64,000 nucleotides of DNA from the NCBI GenBank assembly GCA_904063045.1, contig CAJFCJ010000009.1, forward strand, positions 1,364,968 to 1,428,967, given 5' to 3'. The position numbers were made by a program, and so were the translations under genes. This DNA is from Dimorphilus gyrociliatus (Eukaryota; Animalia; Annelida). The first letter of the stretch is position 1. Every line of letters starts with the position of its first letter. The notes under the pieces are model-generated. The model was not told the DNA's origin, ran no database searches, and saw nothing but the letters and a program-made list of their open reading frames with translations. Shown piece after piece: positions 40,211 to 52,818 of this stretch.

Positions 40211-41436
40211 TTAAACAATCGCCTCTTGATTATTAGAATTTGAATTAATCTCTTCATATTTTCTTTTATACAGTAATTTAGCTATATCGGACGTTACTAA
40301 AGAGTTTGTATTGCTATTGATCATCTTTAGCACTAATGCTCCATCCTTGTGAATATATTCACAAAAATCTTTTAGATTATCTTTGTTTTTAACCCCTTCT
40401 AGAAGATTATGAACGTATCTCTTTCTATCTATAAATGATAAGGCAAGGAAGAGCCATCTTATAAAGGAGAAAGCTTGAAGAACAATTGCAAAAATAATCC
40501 AAATCCATATAAAGATGAAAATTTTTTCATTAAACAAATTAATTGGTAATACACATTGTAAATTGACGTCATTTATAGTTCCGAGGCGTCTAACTTTGAA
40601 ATTACACATTGTTACTCTAGGGAAAAATTTTGATTCTGCTAAATCGTTTCCATTGCTCATGTCATAAAGAGCCTTGAGAGAATATGAACTAAGATTAAAT
40701 CCCAGCATGTAGCTCACCAGAAAAAATTGACCAATAGAACTTACTAAATACAATACTTTAGTTATAAGATAACACGTTATCATAAAATTTCCTCTAGCCC
40801 TATTACTTAACACGCAAAGTATCTGCAAAATCCAGTGTTTTCTCGCTAGTTGATTATTAACAAATTTCTCAAAACAAAAGCAAATCGCCTCTAATTCCTT
40901 GTCATCTGCAGTTGATTGGTACTCTTTAGCGGCTTTGATAAGAGGCGATAGGGCCACTCCTGACTGTGAATTTACCCAACTCCATAAACAACTTGGCAAA
41001 TAGAAGAAAACACACATAGCGAACAAATACAAAGGAACCCATTGATAATATCGTAACGTTTTATCTTCACGATACAATTCATCTTGAGGGATATCTTCAT
41101 CAAAGGGTAATGGATAAGTTCCTTTAACCCAACAATAATTATCTGCGTATTTCTTCCAACTTCTAGCAAAATACGCCGGAGCCCAACAAGCAATTGGATC
41201 ACCAACGTACTAGAAATTATAAAACAATTAATACAAATTTATAGAAGAATTTCATTCCATTTTCCAGTTTTTACCTGACTCTTTGTGACGAAAAAGTTAA
41301 AAATAAGCAGTAATGTTACAGTATATGTTGAAGATATTTTATCAGATGTAGAATGTATTTCATCATTTCTCGATTTATTCTTCCTGCCTCTTAAAGCTAT
41401 AATCTTAAATGCAGCTTTAATTACACCACTTGACAT
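40211..41436 (-). CDS. Innexin B (386 aa)
   Basis: Exons 41436-41275 and 41209-40211 (phase 0). YVGDPIACWAP, YADNYCWV, YYQWVP, FFPRVTMCNFK, QCVLPINLFNEKIF. Confidence 0.95.
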
Positions 41437-41728
41437 CTTTCTCTCAGTTAATCCGAAACTTTCTACCTTCTTTAAACGTTTACTGATTTAATATTTTGTT
41501 TTTTAAAAAAAAAAATTTAATACATCTTTCCTCTTATGCTATTTTTTTGTTAGTTGTATTTGCGCGGTCCACAAATTTTTGATAATAAAAACGTTCAATG
41601 GCCGATCAAACGGAAGAGACAGATAGAGAGAGCGAGAGAGAGGAAGAGAGAGAGAAAAAAAAATACCAATAAATTTATACTACTAAAGTTTTTTGAACAG
41701 GTATAATAGTATTTTTTTGCATAATAGT

Positions 41729-41733
<5 letters not shown>

Positions 41734-41760
<27 letters not shown>
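41734..41760. repeat. (TC)n microsatellite upstream of innexin B
   Basis: About 13 TC units; further GA tracts near 41620-41655 and 42530-42544. Confidence 0.9.
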
Positions 41761-41767
<7 letters not shown>

Positions 41768-43693
41768 CTCTCTGCTATTCATTCATTCATTCATTTCGTA
41801 TTATAAAGAATTTTTAAATAATACAACAATAAATAATGGTCCTTTATATAGAAATATAGTAAATATCTTTAATATGTGTAATTCAGGAAAAATCTATTTA
41901 TAAAAATTCTCTCCTTTTGACCTTCCCACCCTCTTCGTCATTTTTTTCATGATCGTTATTATTATCCTTATCATCGCCTCTCTGTCTCTCTCCTCCTTAT
42001 ATATGTATAATATAAAACAACAATAACGTCTATGAGAAAGAGCTATAATCTTTAATTATTGCATTCTTACAGTATATTTTACTAATATAGTGCACTCAAC
42101 TTTAAAGATTAGTGCATATTTCTTTCTTCAACCTTTATATATTTAACAATTTTATATTAATTGTACCAGTTAAAGGGCTATATTATTCTGTGATGTTAGG
42201 CCTAGATAAACGTGTTACAAACAATCTATAACAAACATGTCCTATTATTTGACGACGAGTTCTTGTCTCTTTACTATACTGTATAAAAAATAACAGCTAT
42301 GGTAAAAGGAAGTCCGCTGTTAATAGAAATCCTGAAGTGATGCAATATTTCAAAAGTACCTGAAGAGTGAAAGTATAGTGCTACTATTCTAAAGATAAAG
42401 CTATCGGCTGTAACATTTATGATGATTGATTGCCCTTGACAAATTAATTAGCGAAAGATGTTGTGTTACCCATCAGTTCTACTCAATTTCAATCCCGTCT
42501 CTTCTCGTGTCTGGGGAAGCACACACACAGAGAGAGAGAGAGAGGTGGGTGTAAGAGGTGGGAGAGGAGTACGTTATAATATTTTTCCGAAATGTAAAAC
42601 CTTTCGTCTTTTCCTTAATTAATCAACTTCAACTATTAAGAAAGTTTCTTTTTTTGGAATCAGGAAGGTAACGCCCTCTTTATGCTATGCTGTTATTTTA
42701 CAGCATCAAATTGAGGACACTCATAGACGATATTTCTCTGTTTATAACTTTGATCTACTATTACGAAATGATTAGTAAAAGTTAAAACAGAGATAAAGAG
42801 AGTAGGAGTAAGAAGGAATCAGATGATGAGAGACTATAGAATTTTCTGAAATAACAGTTAATTAATGGACAGAAAAAAGGCCCCCTTTTAATTTATAATA
42901 ACCAATTCCATTAATTAGAACGTCTCTATTATTTAATTCGCCTAATCAGAAAGATAAGGCTAATTATAATTAAATAAAACTTGCAAAAAACTATGAAGAT
43001 AGTACTAATGAATTTATCTTTAATTAATTATTTAATTTAATTTAAATCTCTTAGTATTTTTTAGTTAAATGAGCGAAAAAAGAGGAGATTTTTATCTAAC
43101 CCCTTAATTATCTTTATCTATTTTTATTATGTAGTCTTATCAAATTCTCTATCTTTCATTTCCCTCATTAAGATTGATTACTTTAATGAATTCCTTAACG
43201 AACTATTGAAATGCCGCAATAAGCTAAAATACACTATATTTCATTGTTTAAAAAAATCTGTTATTGTACTATTAATCCAGGTCATTAGATTTCATCTTTT
43301 GATATTTTTCATTCAAGATGAAAACATATACTAAACGATCTAAACGATAAAATTTAGAAGAGTTATTAAATGAGTGTCGCCCCCTATAGTCTTCCATCAT
43401 TTTCACATTTAATATTGAAAATTTGACTTAATTTTTCTTTGGCATTTTAGCTTCGTTTACAAAAAAGATTTAAAAGAGAAAATGGTATTTAATGCATTAT
43501 TATTAGTATTCTTTAAGTATAATCTTGTTAGGCTATTTGAAAAAAATATTATGATATTTGTAGCAAAAATGACCAAATATCGCTCAATAAATATATACTT
43601 AAAGTATCATAAAAGATTCATTGACCTTTAGAATCAGTAAATTTGTTGACAAGAGGTTTTTGATATTACTCAATTATCTACTCTAATTAACAG

Positions 43694-45323
43694 TTTCGAC
43701 AGTTAACACCAAGACTATTGTCAACTTATAGAATTATGGAAAGGAGTTATTCAAAATTTGTCTTAAATAAGGCGTATGTAAATGGTGAATGGATTGCTGC
43801 AAATAGCGGAAAGACATTTGCCGTGTTTAATCCTGCGAATGGGGAAGAAATTGGAAGCGTTCCTGACATGGATGCCCATGATACAGAAAAAGCAATCCAA
43901 TCTGCAAAAACTGCATTTCAATCCTGGAGAAAGAAGACCGCAAAGGAGCGTAGCATTATCCTTAAAAGATGGTTTGACCTAGTTGTTGAAAATACACCTC
44001 AGCTAGCGGAGCTATTGACTGCTGAAAACGTAAATAAAACCATGGTCTTTTTCTTGTGACACATTAATAATACCAAATGGTTATTTCAGGGTAAGACTCT
44101 GGCTGAGAGCAAAGGAGAACTAGGTTACGCTTCGTCCTTTATTGAATGGTTTGCCGAAGAGGCTAAAAGGTTGAATGGAGATATTCTCCAATCTCCCGTA
44201 TCTTCTAAAAGATATATGGCTATTAAGCAGCCGATAGGTGTTTCCGGTATGATTACGCCTTGGAATTTCCCTTCTGCAATGATCACAAGAAAGGCTGCTC
44301 CCGCTATTGCTGTTGGTTGTACCGTTGTTATTAGACCTGCCGAGGACACTCCGCTGTCGGCTTTAGCTTTGTGCAAAGTAAGAGAAAAAAGCATATGAAC
44401 CATGTGAGTAATGACAACCATCCATCTTTTTTTCTTAAAATTAGTTAGCTGAAGAGGCAGGAATTCCTCAAGGAGTTCTCAACGTTGTCACAAGCTCTCG
44501 TGACAAGGCATCGGAAATTGGAAAGGTTCTTTGTACTCATCCAGACGTCATGGCTATTTCCTTTACCGGTTCAACTCAAGTGGGCAAAATACTACTGGAA
44601 CAATCGGCTTCGACTGTTAAGAGGGTTTCACTTGAACTAGGTGGAAATGCTCCATTTATAGTTTTTGAATCGGCTAATATCGATAAGGCGGTAAAAGGTG
44701 CAATGGCTTGTAAATTTCGAACTACTGGTCAGGCTTGCATCTCTTCCAATAGATTTCTAGTTCATGAAAATATTTACAATGAGTTCGTTCAAAGAATGAC
44801 AGAGGCAATGAAATCTCTAAAGGTCGGACATGGAACTGATACGACAGCAACTCAAGGACCTTTGATAAATGATCGAGCTGTCCAAAAGATAAATAATTTA
44901 GTTGCTGACGCTACGTCGAAAGGTGCCGCCGTGAAAATTGGGGGATCTACACATCAACTAGGAGGAAATTTCTACGAACCCACATTAATTACAGGTATTA
45001 ATGAAAAAATGGATATAGCTTCCGCCGAAATTTTTGGTCCAGTAGCTGCCATTTATAAATTTAAGACTGAAGAAGAAGCCGTTAAAATTGCCAATTCAAC
45101 AAGATACGGATTGGCTGGATACTTCTTTTCCGAAGATATAAGTCAAATATTTAGAGTAGCAGAGGATTTGGAAGTAGGAATGGTCGGAATAAACGAAGGA
45201 GTATTTTCCTGTTGCGAAGCTCCATTCGGTGGAGTAAAGGAATCAGGACTTGGTCGAGAAGGTTCAAAATATGGCCTAGACGAGTTCTGTGAAATAAAAC
45301 AGCTCTGTTTCGGAAATATATAA
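43694..45323 (+). CDS. ALDH5A1: Succinate-semialdehyde dehydrogenase (first coding exon not located)
   Basis: Exons 43694-44029, 44090-44377, 44445-45323. [27 protein letters not shown], catalytic LELGGNAP (Glu) and GQACIS (Cys), [22 protein letters not shown]-terminal [13 protein letters not shown] looks like a mitochondrial transit peptide. Confidence 0.95.
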
Positions 45324-46076
45324 ATAGAATTTAATAATACAGCATTGATATACAGTATATATAATATGCTGTATGTTACATATAACACATATTTGGGTCT
45401 TTTATCATTGGTGTTTGCTCGCGTAGTATTATGAAACAGTATAAGAGGGAAGAAAGTTAAAAATTCCTGGTTAAAGTATTACATTATCTCAAAATAGCAT
45501 CCCAAGTTTCATTCCATCCACTGATAGTATGAACGTAATTATATACTATTGTATTTTAAAGAACATCCTTTTCTTTGGGAAATTACAAGAGATTATTATA
45601 GGAATACATCTTGAGTACAAGAAACGACTTAAAAAAGGTAAAAGGGGAGTTTTTTTCTAAGTTTTGAAAAAAAGCATGGTTTTTCAGTAGTATAGGCCGA
45701 TTAAATCAAAACCATGTAGAAAGGAAAGTCAACTAAAGCAATTCCTTCTTTAAATATATGAGATATTTTTAGTGAATATTTACGATTATTTAAAAAAATA
45801 CCCAGTTATTTTTATATGTAATAAAATACAAATTATGAGAATAAAGTTATGTATCGTTCCAAATATAACACATAATGACTCACAAGAAGACTAGAATTCC
45901 CCTAAGTTTAAGCCATCGATAACTGCCTTAGATGTCTAAAATTTCCTTATTAACTGTTCAAAATTGTTTGATTCATTCGGAATATACCTAAGAGACCCAT
46001 GTTAGTTTTTATGGTTACCCATAATGGTTGTTTTACCTCGTATATAAAGCCACTATGATGTCAGTTTAGCCTAAGA

Positions 46077-47439
46077 ATGCGAGGAATAACATTTTTTTAT
46101 TGTATACAACTTCTAACTATAAAAGGAATGGGTTAGTAGTCATTAAATAATAACTATTAATTGTTAATCAATTATTATCATGTTGTTTAAATAGTTAGCT
46201 ACTATGAAGTAGACAATTGTCAAGGTAAAACAAATAAGATATCTCTGTGTTTAATATGAAAATGTTTAACCAGATAATTCAATCATAGGATTAGATTGGG
46301 AAAAACAGATTTGCTGCAATGGCGTTATACATCCCAAGTATCACAAAAACGAACTTCAGGGTTGTTGTGGTTCTGAAACTTACGGAAAGGATAGCTTTTT
46401 TTGTTGCTCAGGTCAAGATAGTAGAAGAAATAATATATATAACATAAGCCGGCTAACAGAGCCGAAAGATGAAAACTACTGTTGTGATACGAAAATTTAC
46501 AACAGAATCTCTCATATCTGTAAACAGGTTAAAGAAGAACGTATTCTATTGGAGAAGGGAAAGGATATTTGCAAAAAAGACATTTTTAACACCAAAGAAG
46601 AAATCTGTTGTAAAGGTAAGAATTCCTATTTTAGTTTAATTGCTGTGTTTATTAAGAAAAAGGTAATATTAATAGGCAAACTACAAAAGCTAAAACCTTA
46701 TCATGCATGTTGTGGCTACTATACATTTAACGTCTCGACACATAAATGCTGCCCTTCAATAGCGGGAGAGAACATCGTTAAGAAAGATCGAGTCTGTTGT
46801 GGATCATCGTCGATAAACCCAAAGACAGAGAGGTGTTGCAAAGAGATGAGGTTTAACAAACGTTTCGGAATAGAGTGTTGCGGAGCAAATACGTTTAACA
46901 TATCACTCGAAGTTTGCTGTAACGGAAATATCTATAAGCCGGCCTTCGCAAAGGATTTGATGAACATTAAGTGCTGTAATGGCAGAATCCCATTTGACTT
47001 GAGGGTAGCAAACTGTAAGAATGGAATCGTAGTCGAAACAGCTCCTTTATGTGGATCAAATCGGATATATAGGAAAATGAAATGCTGTGGCTCCCAATTC
47101 GGCTACTATGAACAGTATTTCACCTGTCTGCATCGGGGCAACTCTACGTTCTCAATTGAGCCAAAGCGTGAAAGGGGATTTTTGATAGTTAAAATCAAAA
47201 AACTAACCGAATCAAAACACAATGCTACCATATTTATAAGTGTCAAGTGCTTGAATAGCTCAAAGAAAAGAAACAGAATAATGAAGAGAGGAATAACATA
47301 TATAACATTAAGTAAAAGAAAAACATCTAAACATAGACTAAAAACGGGAAGAATCTTTTATATAGACACAAGATGTCTCATTATATCCAGCAGCACAATT
47401 GAAATCAAAAAGTCGTGCAACAACATAAAAAGAAGATAG
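46077..47439 (+). CDS. Galaxin-like secreted Cys-rich protein A
   Basis: Signal-peptide exon from ATG 46077 (MRGITFFYCIQLLTIKGM), small exon near 46195-46224, then exons ~46273-46615 and 46676-47439. About 10 CC-G/N repeats (ICCNG, GCCGSETY, YCCDTKIY, VCCGSSSI, ECCGANTF) and a very basic ~110-aa C-terminal domain. Confidence 0.8.
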
Positions 47440-47879
47440 TCTTTACCTGTATCTCAGGATACAAAAAAAATTATCTTAACAAGATCTCAATAGGAAAAAA
47501 TTTCGAATTCTTCCAAGAAGTGTTTTTAGTGACCTAAAAAACACGCTCGAAATAGTGAGTTCATAAAAGAGAAATTTCGAATTCTTTTGTCCCCTTTGTT
47601 GTTAGTTTATTGTTCTGATAGTTGTATTAAAAAAAAGAGTCAAATTTTACGTTCATATTTTGAATTGCTATTTAAATAAATGAATATTTAATAAATATGT
47701 TGATAATTGTTAGCGTGAAAAGAATAAAACTTTAACCAATCAGCTCTTAAAAGAACAATAATTCTTCTACTGAGAAGGCCTATAAAAGTATTTTTATTTT
47801 CTTATTGTAACATAGAGAATTCACTTCTCTACATTTTTCTTTCGAATTCGTTAGAGTTTAACATTTTTTAACGTAAACT

Positions 47880-49595
47880 ATGCCATTAGTTTTGCTGTTT
47901 CTAAGTAATTATTCAATTTAATCAATACCATATATAATAAACATTAGAACGTTGGTTTTTTTATTAATTCAATATGTTCTTTTTTTCGATTCGAAGGCTT
48001 TCTTTTATCGTTCGGACTATCTACGAATAAGTGTAATGGAGGTGATGATAGTGGTAAGTCGCAAAAAAATACTTGTAATAGATAACTACATACACAAAGA
48101 TAAAAATAAGCTAGGTATTTGATAAAATGTATTATTATATATCTATATATATATTAGTATTTAACAAATCATTTCTCTATGTATATATATATATGTATAC
48201 TAGTATATTGTATAACACATAACTTTTTCTATCTATTCAGGTATTATTTGTTGTAATGGGATACCTTATAGAAAGTACCAAGGTCCTACGAATACGCTTA
48301 TCTATGACCAATGCTGCGTTTCGAAACCATACCTATCAGAAAAGCAAATTTGTTGCAAGGTTTTGAATGCTAGAAATCAGGTTGTTTACAAACTTCATAA
48401 GATCAAAACTCTTGCTAATATTACCCGTACACCAGAGTTTTGTTGTGGCCTAAAGTAAGTAACCTAAACTACTATAGCTTCCTCAGCTTAATATTTATTA
48501 TAATTGAATGGAATTCCGCTAGCTTTAGCAACAATGATAACTGCTTAATATACTATTACAACAGGTCAATGACCATACGAGTAAATTAAAAAAAACTAAC
48601 AATTAGATATGTTATACCTTGTTTTCTGTCGTTTTAGCAAATTTAATATGAACTATCAACGATGTGATTCTGGAAAAACTCTTTGGAAGAATGAACAACT
48701 CTGCAATGGTGTAATTTATGATATCAACAACGAGCTATGCTGCAATGGTAATGCTAATTATATAATTTCTTCTTGCATTAATTTGCATTTAAATTGTCCT
48801 TTCTCCTAAAAATTAGGAAGAATATATAGTACTAAAGAATATAGTAGTTGTTGCCACCAGACCCCATACAATATAATAGATAGTACGTGTTGTACCGATA
48901 GTAAGAAAGTTATAAGGAAACACAAAGACTATTCATGTTGTAGAGGAGCTCCAAATTTTTACATAAATAACACCTTTGAGGTATGTTGCAACGGGGAAAA
49001 GAGAATAAAAACTCCTGGAAAAGTTTGTTGCGGTAACAATCTCTATGATTCACTTAAGGGAATTTGCTGTAAAGATACCAACTTTATTGAATTTAGTAAT
49101 ATTAATTTGAAAAGACATTGGAGTTGTTGTCATACTGTACCGTATGATATGAGAACGTCAAAATGCTCAAGCAACAATCTTGAATATCAATCAATTAATA
49201 AAGTTCATAATAAATGGTTTCATTGCGGAAAATCAATTATCTATCATAAAGATTTATACATTTGTCATAAGGACGGAAAATACAAATACATCAAAAGGAG
49301 ATTGTCATTGAAAGAAACACAAGTATCTTTGTTCGTTGAGAATCTTTCAACAGTGAGGAAGAGAGGAAGATTTCTATTGTTGAATCTTCATTTAAAATCA
49401 AGTAGACACTTGCGAAGTCTTAATTTAAGGATGCCAAAAAATTTTAAATTATTTTTAAGCAATAAGTTCACTTCACAGCTGAACAATAAACTACATAAAG
49501 GTACCATATTTAAGATAAAGTTTCATTGTCTAAGATCTAAAGAGAGTAACTTTTATATACTTAATAATTTTTCCAATTGTATTTATTTCCTTTAA
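47880..49595 (+). CDS. Galaxin-like secreted Cys-rich protein B
   Basis: Exons 47880-47904, 47997-48053 (signal MPLVLLFLSFLLSFGLS), 48241-~48454, ~48639-48749, ~48817-49595. CC repeats (ICCNGIPY, QCCVSKPY, VCCGNNLY, SCCHTVPY) and a basic C-terminal domain as in paralog A. Confidence 0.8.
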
Positions 49596-49929
49596 TGTCT
49601 ACTTAACTACTATAGAACAATTGTAAGTTTATACTTATATATACTGTAAATAAATTGTTTATACGTTGTTTAATTTTCTAGATGTGTTCTTTATGTTTAA
49701 CTGCCTACAGTTGTTGTTATTTAAGTCACTATCTAAATTTATATATACTTTTACTTTGTTTACATATCGTTTTTTCATAAAATAAAATTTATCTATATCT
49801 TCATTTTGGACTTTATTTTCTTTTTTCAGTAGATTCGACACTTGACCTTGACCTTTTACTGGGTATTTCCTTTCTCAAGACACTCTCTAATTCATTCTGC
49901 TATTCTCTTATAATTTAAAAGACTTTGCG

Positions 49930-50990
49930 ATGGCTAATATTAATAATATTTACAGTAAGTTTTGTATTAAAATGAAATACTATATATTTCTAATAGGTGG
50001 AAATTAGAATGTTTACATTTTCCACCTTTAAATCAGGAATATCGTCTATTTTCGTACGAACTATTAATTTCGCAGGCATGAGAAAACCTTACGGTACTGG
50101 GGCTGAATCTTTTGACATTCGTGATTTACATGCTAAAGAACCTATTGGTCAATTCATGAATTGGTTTCAAAAAGCTGTCGATTCTAGTAGTAATTATGAA
50201 GCAAATGCCATGTCCCTAGCTACAACCACTAGGTAAAAAATTTCCGTTTAGATCTACAATTGAATGAGAAATAATTTTCATACACTTTTTACTTTTTAAG
50301 CGACGGAAAGCCTTCAGTTAGAATTGTATTGATGAAAGCATTTGATGAAAGAGGCCTACAATTTTTTACCAACTTTAATAGTAGAAAAGCAAAAGAATTG
50401 GTAAAATATTTATAACCGTTGAAAATTGTTATTTAAAGAAGAACGAATGAACTAGTAATTCATCGGTTCGTTTAATTTTTAGATTGAAAATCCTCATGCA
50501 TCGGTTGTTTTCCATTGGATTCATCGCGCTGACAATAATAAACTATGGTCAAGACAAGTGAGAATGGAAGGGATAGTTGAAAAGGTATCGTCACCGGAAG
50601 CAGATGCATATTTTAGTTCTAGACCAAAAGATAGCCAAATTGCTACACATATAAGTATAGAACAAAGCGCAGCAGTGGCTAATAGAGAAGAAATGTTAAA
50701 GACTAAAGAAGAGCTTTACGCAAAATTTGATAATGAAGCAGTGCCAAGGCCCTATTATTGGTAATTATTAGTTAATTGATAAAAATTCATTTTAAACTAT
50801 AAAATATTAATAATCTTCTTCTAGGGGAGGATTTCTTATTAAACCGCATACAATAGAATTCTGGCAAGGACAAACAAATAGATTACACGATAGAATAGTT
50901 TTCAAGAAAATGAAACCAGAAGATGTTCCTGATAAAGAACCATTCATTCAAGGCGAAAACGGATGGATAATTCAAAGATTAATTCCCTAA
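49930..50990 (+). CDS. PNPO: Pyridoxine/pyridoxamine 5'-phosphate oxidase
   Basis: Exons 49930-49954, 50076-~50232, ~50301-50400, ~50483-50761, ~50824-50990. [75 protein letters not shown]. Confidence 0.95.
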
Positions 50991-51518
50991 ACATACTTAT
51001 GTTTTATGTAAGATAAACGAAACTAATTTGTTAGAAAATACGTACAAGATCTTATCATATAACTTTTTCATATAGAAATTAACTCTCTTTCATAAAAAAC
51101 AAAAGTTCCAGAGAACTGAATATTAGGGTCTGTAATAAATGTAAACAAATACTTGCACTCAGATTTGAGAACTTTACTTCCTGTTTCTTTTCTCAAAAAC
51201 CCCATATTTTAATATAGAATACAGGTTTCGCTTTTCTTTTTCCTTCCTTAAGATATTTAGATAGACAAATAGACAGTTATACTATATGTATAATATATTA
51301 GGATTATTAATAAATATACAGTATATAAAGTACGAATTAAAAAAATGTAATTTGAAAATGGCGATTTATTATCCGCTGATTTATCTCGCCATATTTTTAG
51401 CAACAACAAGTATAGAGTCTTAAAATATCAATCTAACCTTGGCACTGCTCAATTTCTTCAAGTACAAACTTACTAAATTGAAGTTTAATTTACAAGTAAC
51501 TAGATAAACTTAGAGAAA

Positions 51519-52789
51519 ATGGAACCAGAAATTTTGCATAGCGGCTACTTCCATTCGCTTCTCCGGGATTGGAATTCACCTAATACTAACATAGGACCAG
51601 AACATGTGATTTACCCTGTATTTATAACGTATTATGGATTTTAATAAGAGATAGATGTTATAGATATTTAAAATATACTCTGTAATACAGGGATAACCCC
51701 GAAGGTCTGGAGGAAATAACTTCATTACCCAATCAATATCGAGTTGGTGTAAACAAGTTGAAAAAATACCTTGACACACCTGTAAAGAATGGCCTTCGTT
51801 CCGTAATACTATTTGGTGTTCCAAGTAATTTAGAAAAGAATGCTATTGGTACTCATGCTGATAGTTCTGAAAATCCTGTAATTAAAGCTATTCCTCTTCT
51901 AAAAAGCTGGTTCCCACATTTATTAATTATGTGTGATGTATGCTTATGCGCCTACACTGATCACGGACATTGCGGTATATAAAAATTACAAAACTATACT
52001 CTAAATTTTGTATGGTGGATCTCCATTTTCAACTATTTCTATATGTTTGTCTATCTCTTAGGTATTCTTGATTCGGACCAAACAATCAACAACGAAAAAA
52101 GTATCGAAAGACTTGCTCAAGTTGCACTCTCCTATGCCCAGGCTGGTTAGTGATAACCGAAACTCATTCGCCATAAGATAAATAATCTCTTTTTTTCTAC
52201 AATTTTATCAAGGTTGTCACGTAGTGGCACCATCTGACATGATGGATGGAAGGGTGGGAGCCATCAAAGCTAAACTTAGACAAGATAATTTAGCAAGCAA
52301 AGTTTCGATTTTGAGTTATAGTGCAAAGTTTGCGTCGTCTTTTTACGGACCATTCAGAGATGCCGCTAAATCAGCTCCGGGTTTCGGAGATCGACGATGC
52401 TATCAATTACCAGCAGGTAGTAGAGGTCTAGCTATGAGAGCGGTTGATAGAGACGTGAAAGAAGGTGCTGATATGCTTATGGTCAAACCGGGACTAGCAT
52501 ATCTGGATATAGTCCGACAAACCAAAGATAAAGTAAGTAATTATAAAAAATTTAGAGTAAATTGTCTTATCTAATTTTTATTTAATTGTTTCATTTTTAG
52601 TATCTAGAATATCCGCTGGCTATTTACCAAGTTTCAGGCGAGTACGCTATGATGTGGCATGGTGCTAAAGGAGGAGCTTTTGATCTTAAGAGTATCGTGT
52701 TTGAAACGCTAATGTCTATGAGGAGGGCCGGTGCGGATATGATATTAACCTATTTTGCGCCAAATATTCTTGAATGGCTGAAAAAATAA
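51519..52789 (+). CDS. ALAD: Delta-aminolevulinate dehydratase (porphobilinogen synthase, Zn-type)
   Basis: Five exons. [14 protein letters not shown] zinc motif, [43 protein letters not shown] (Schiff-base Lys), YQVSGEYAM. Confidence 0.97.
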
Positions 52790-52796
52790 ATTTATT
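52785..52796. terminator. Palindromic bidirectional polyadenylation signal AATAAA-TTTATT shared by ALAD (+) and GNL1 (-)
   Basis: AATAAATTTATT at 52785-52796 is its own reverse complement. The + hexamer overlaps the ALAD stop (TAA 52787-52789); the - hexamer lies 22 nt past the GNL1 stop. Confidence 0.7.
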
Positions 52797-52818
52797 TTCT
52801 GATCTTTTAAAAGTTGAA

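Noticed and set aside
42250-42450. Minus-strand frame ...TADSFIFRIVALYFHSSGTFEIL... resembling the innexin C-terminal DGVFILRI..S....EI motif
   Set aside because: No other innexin motifs (YYQW, FPRVT, CVLP) nearby; bounded by stops; likely chance.
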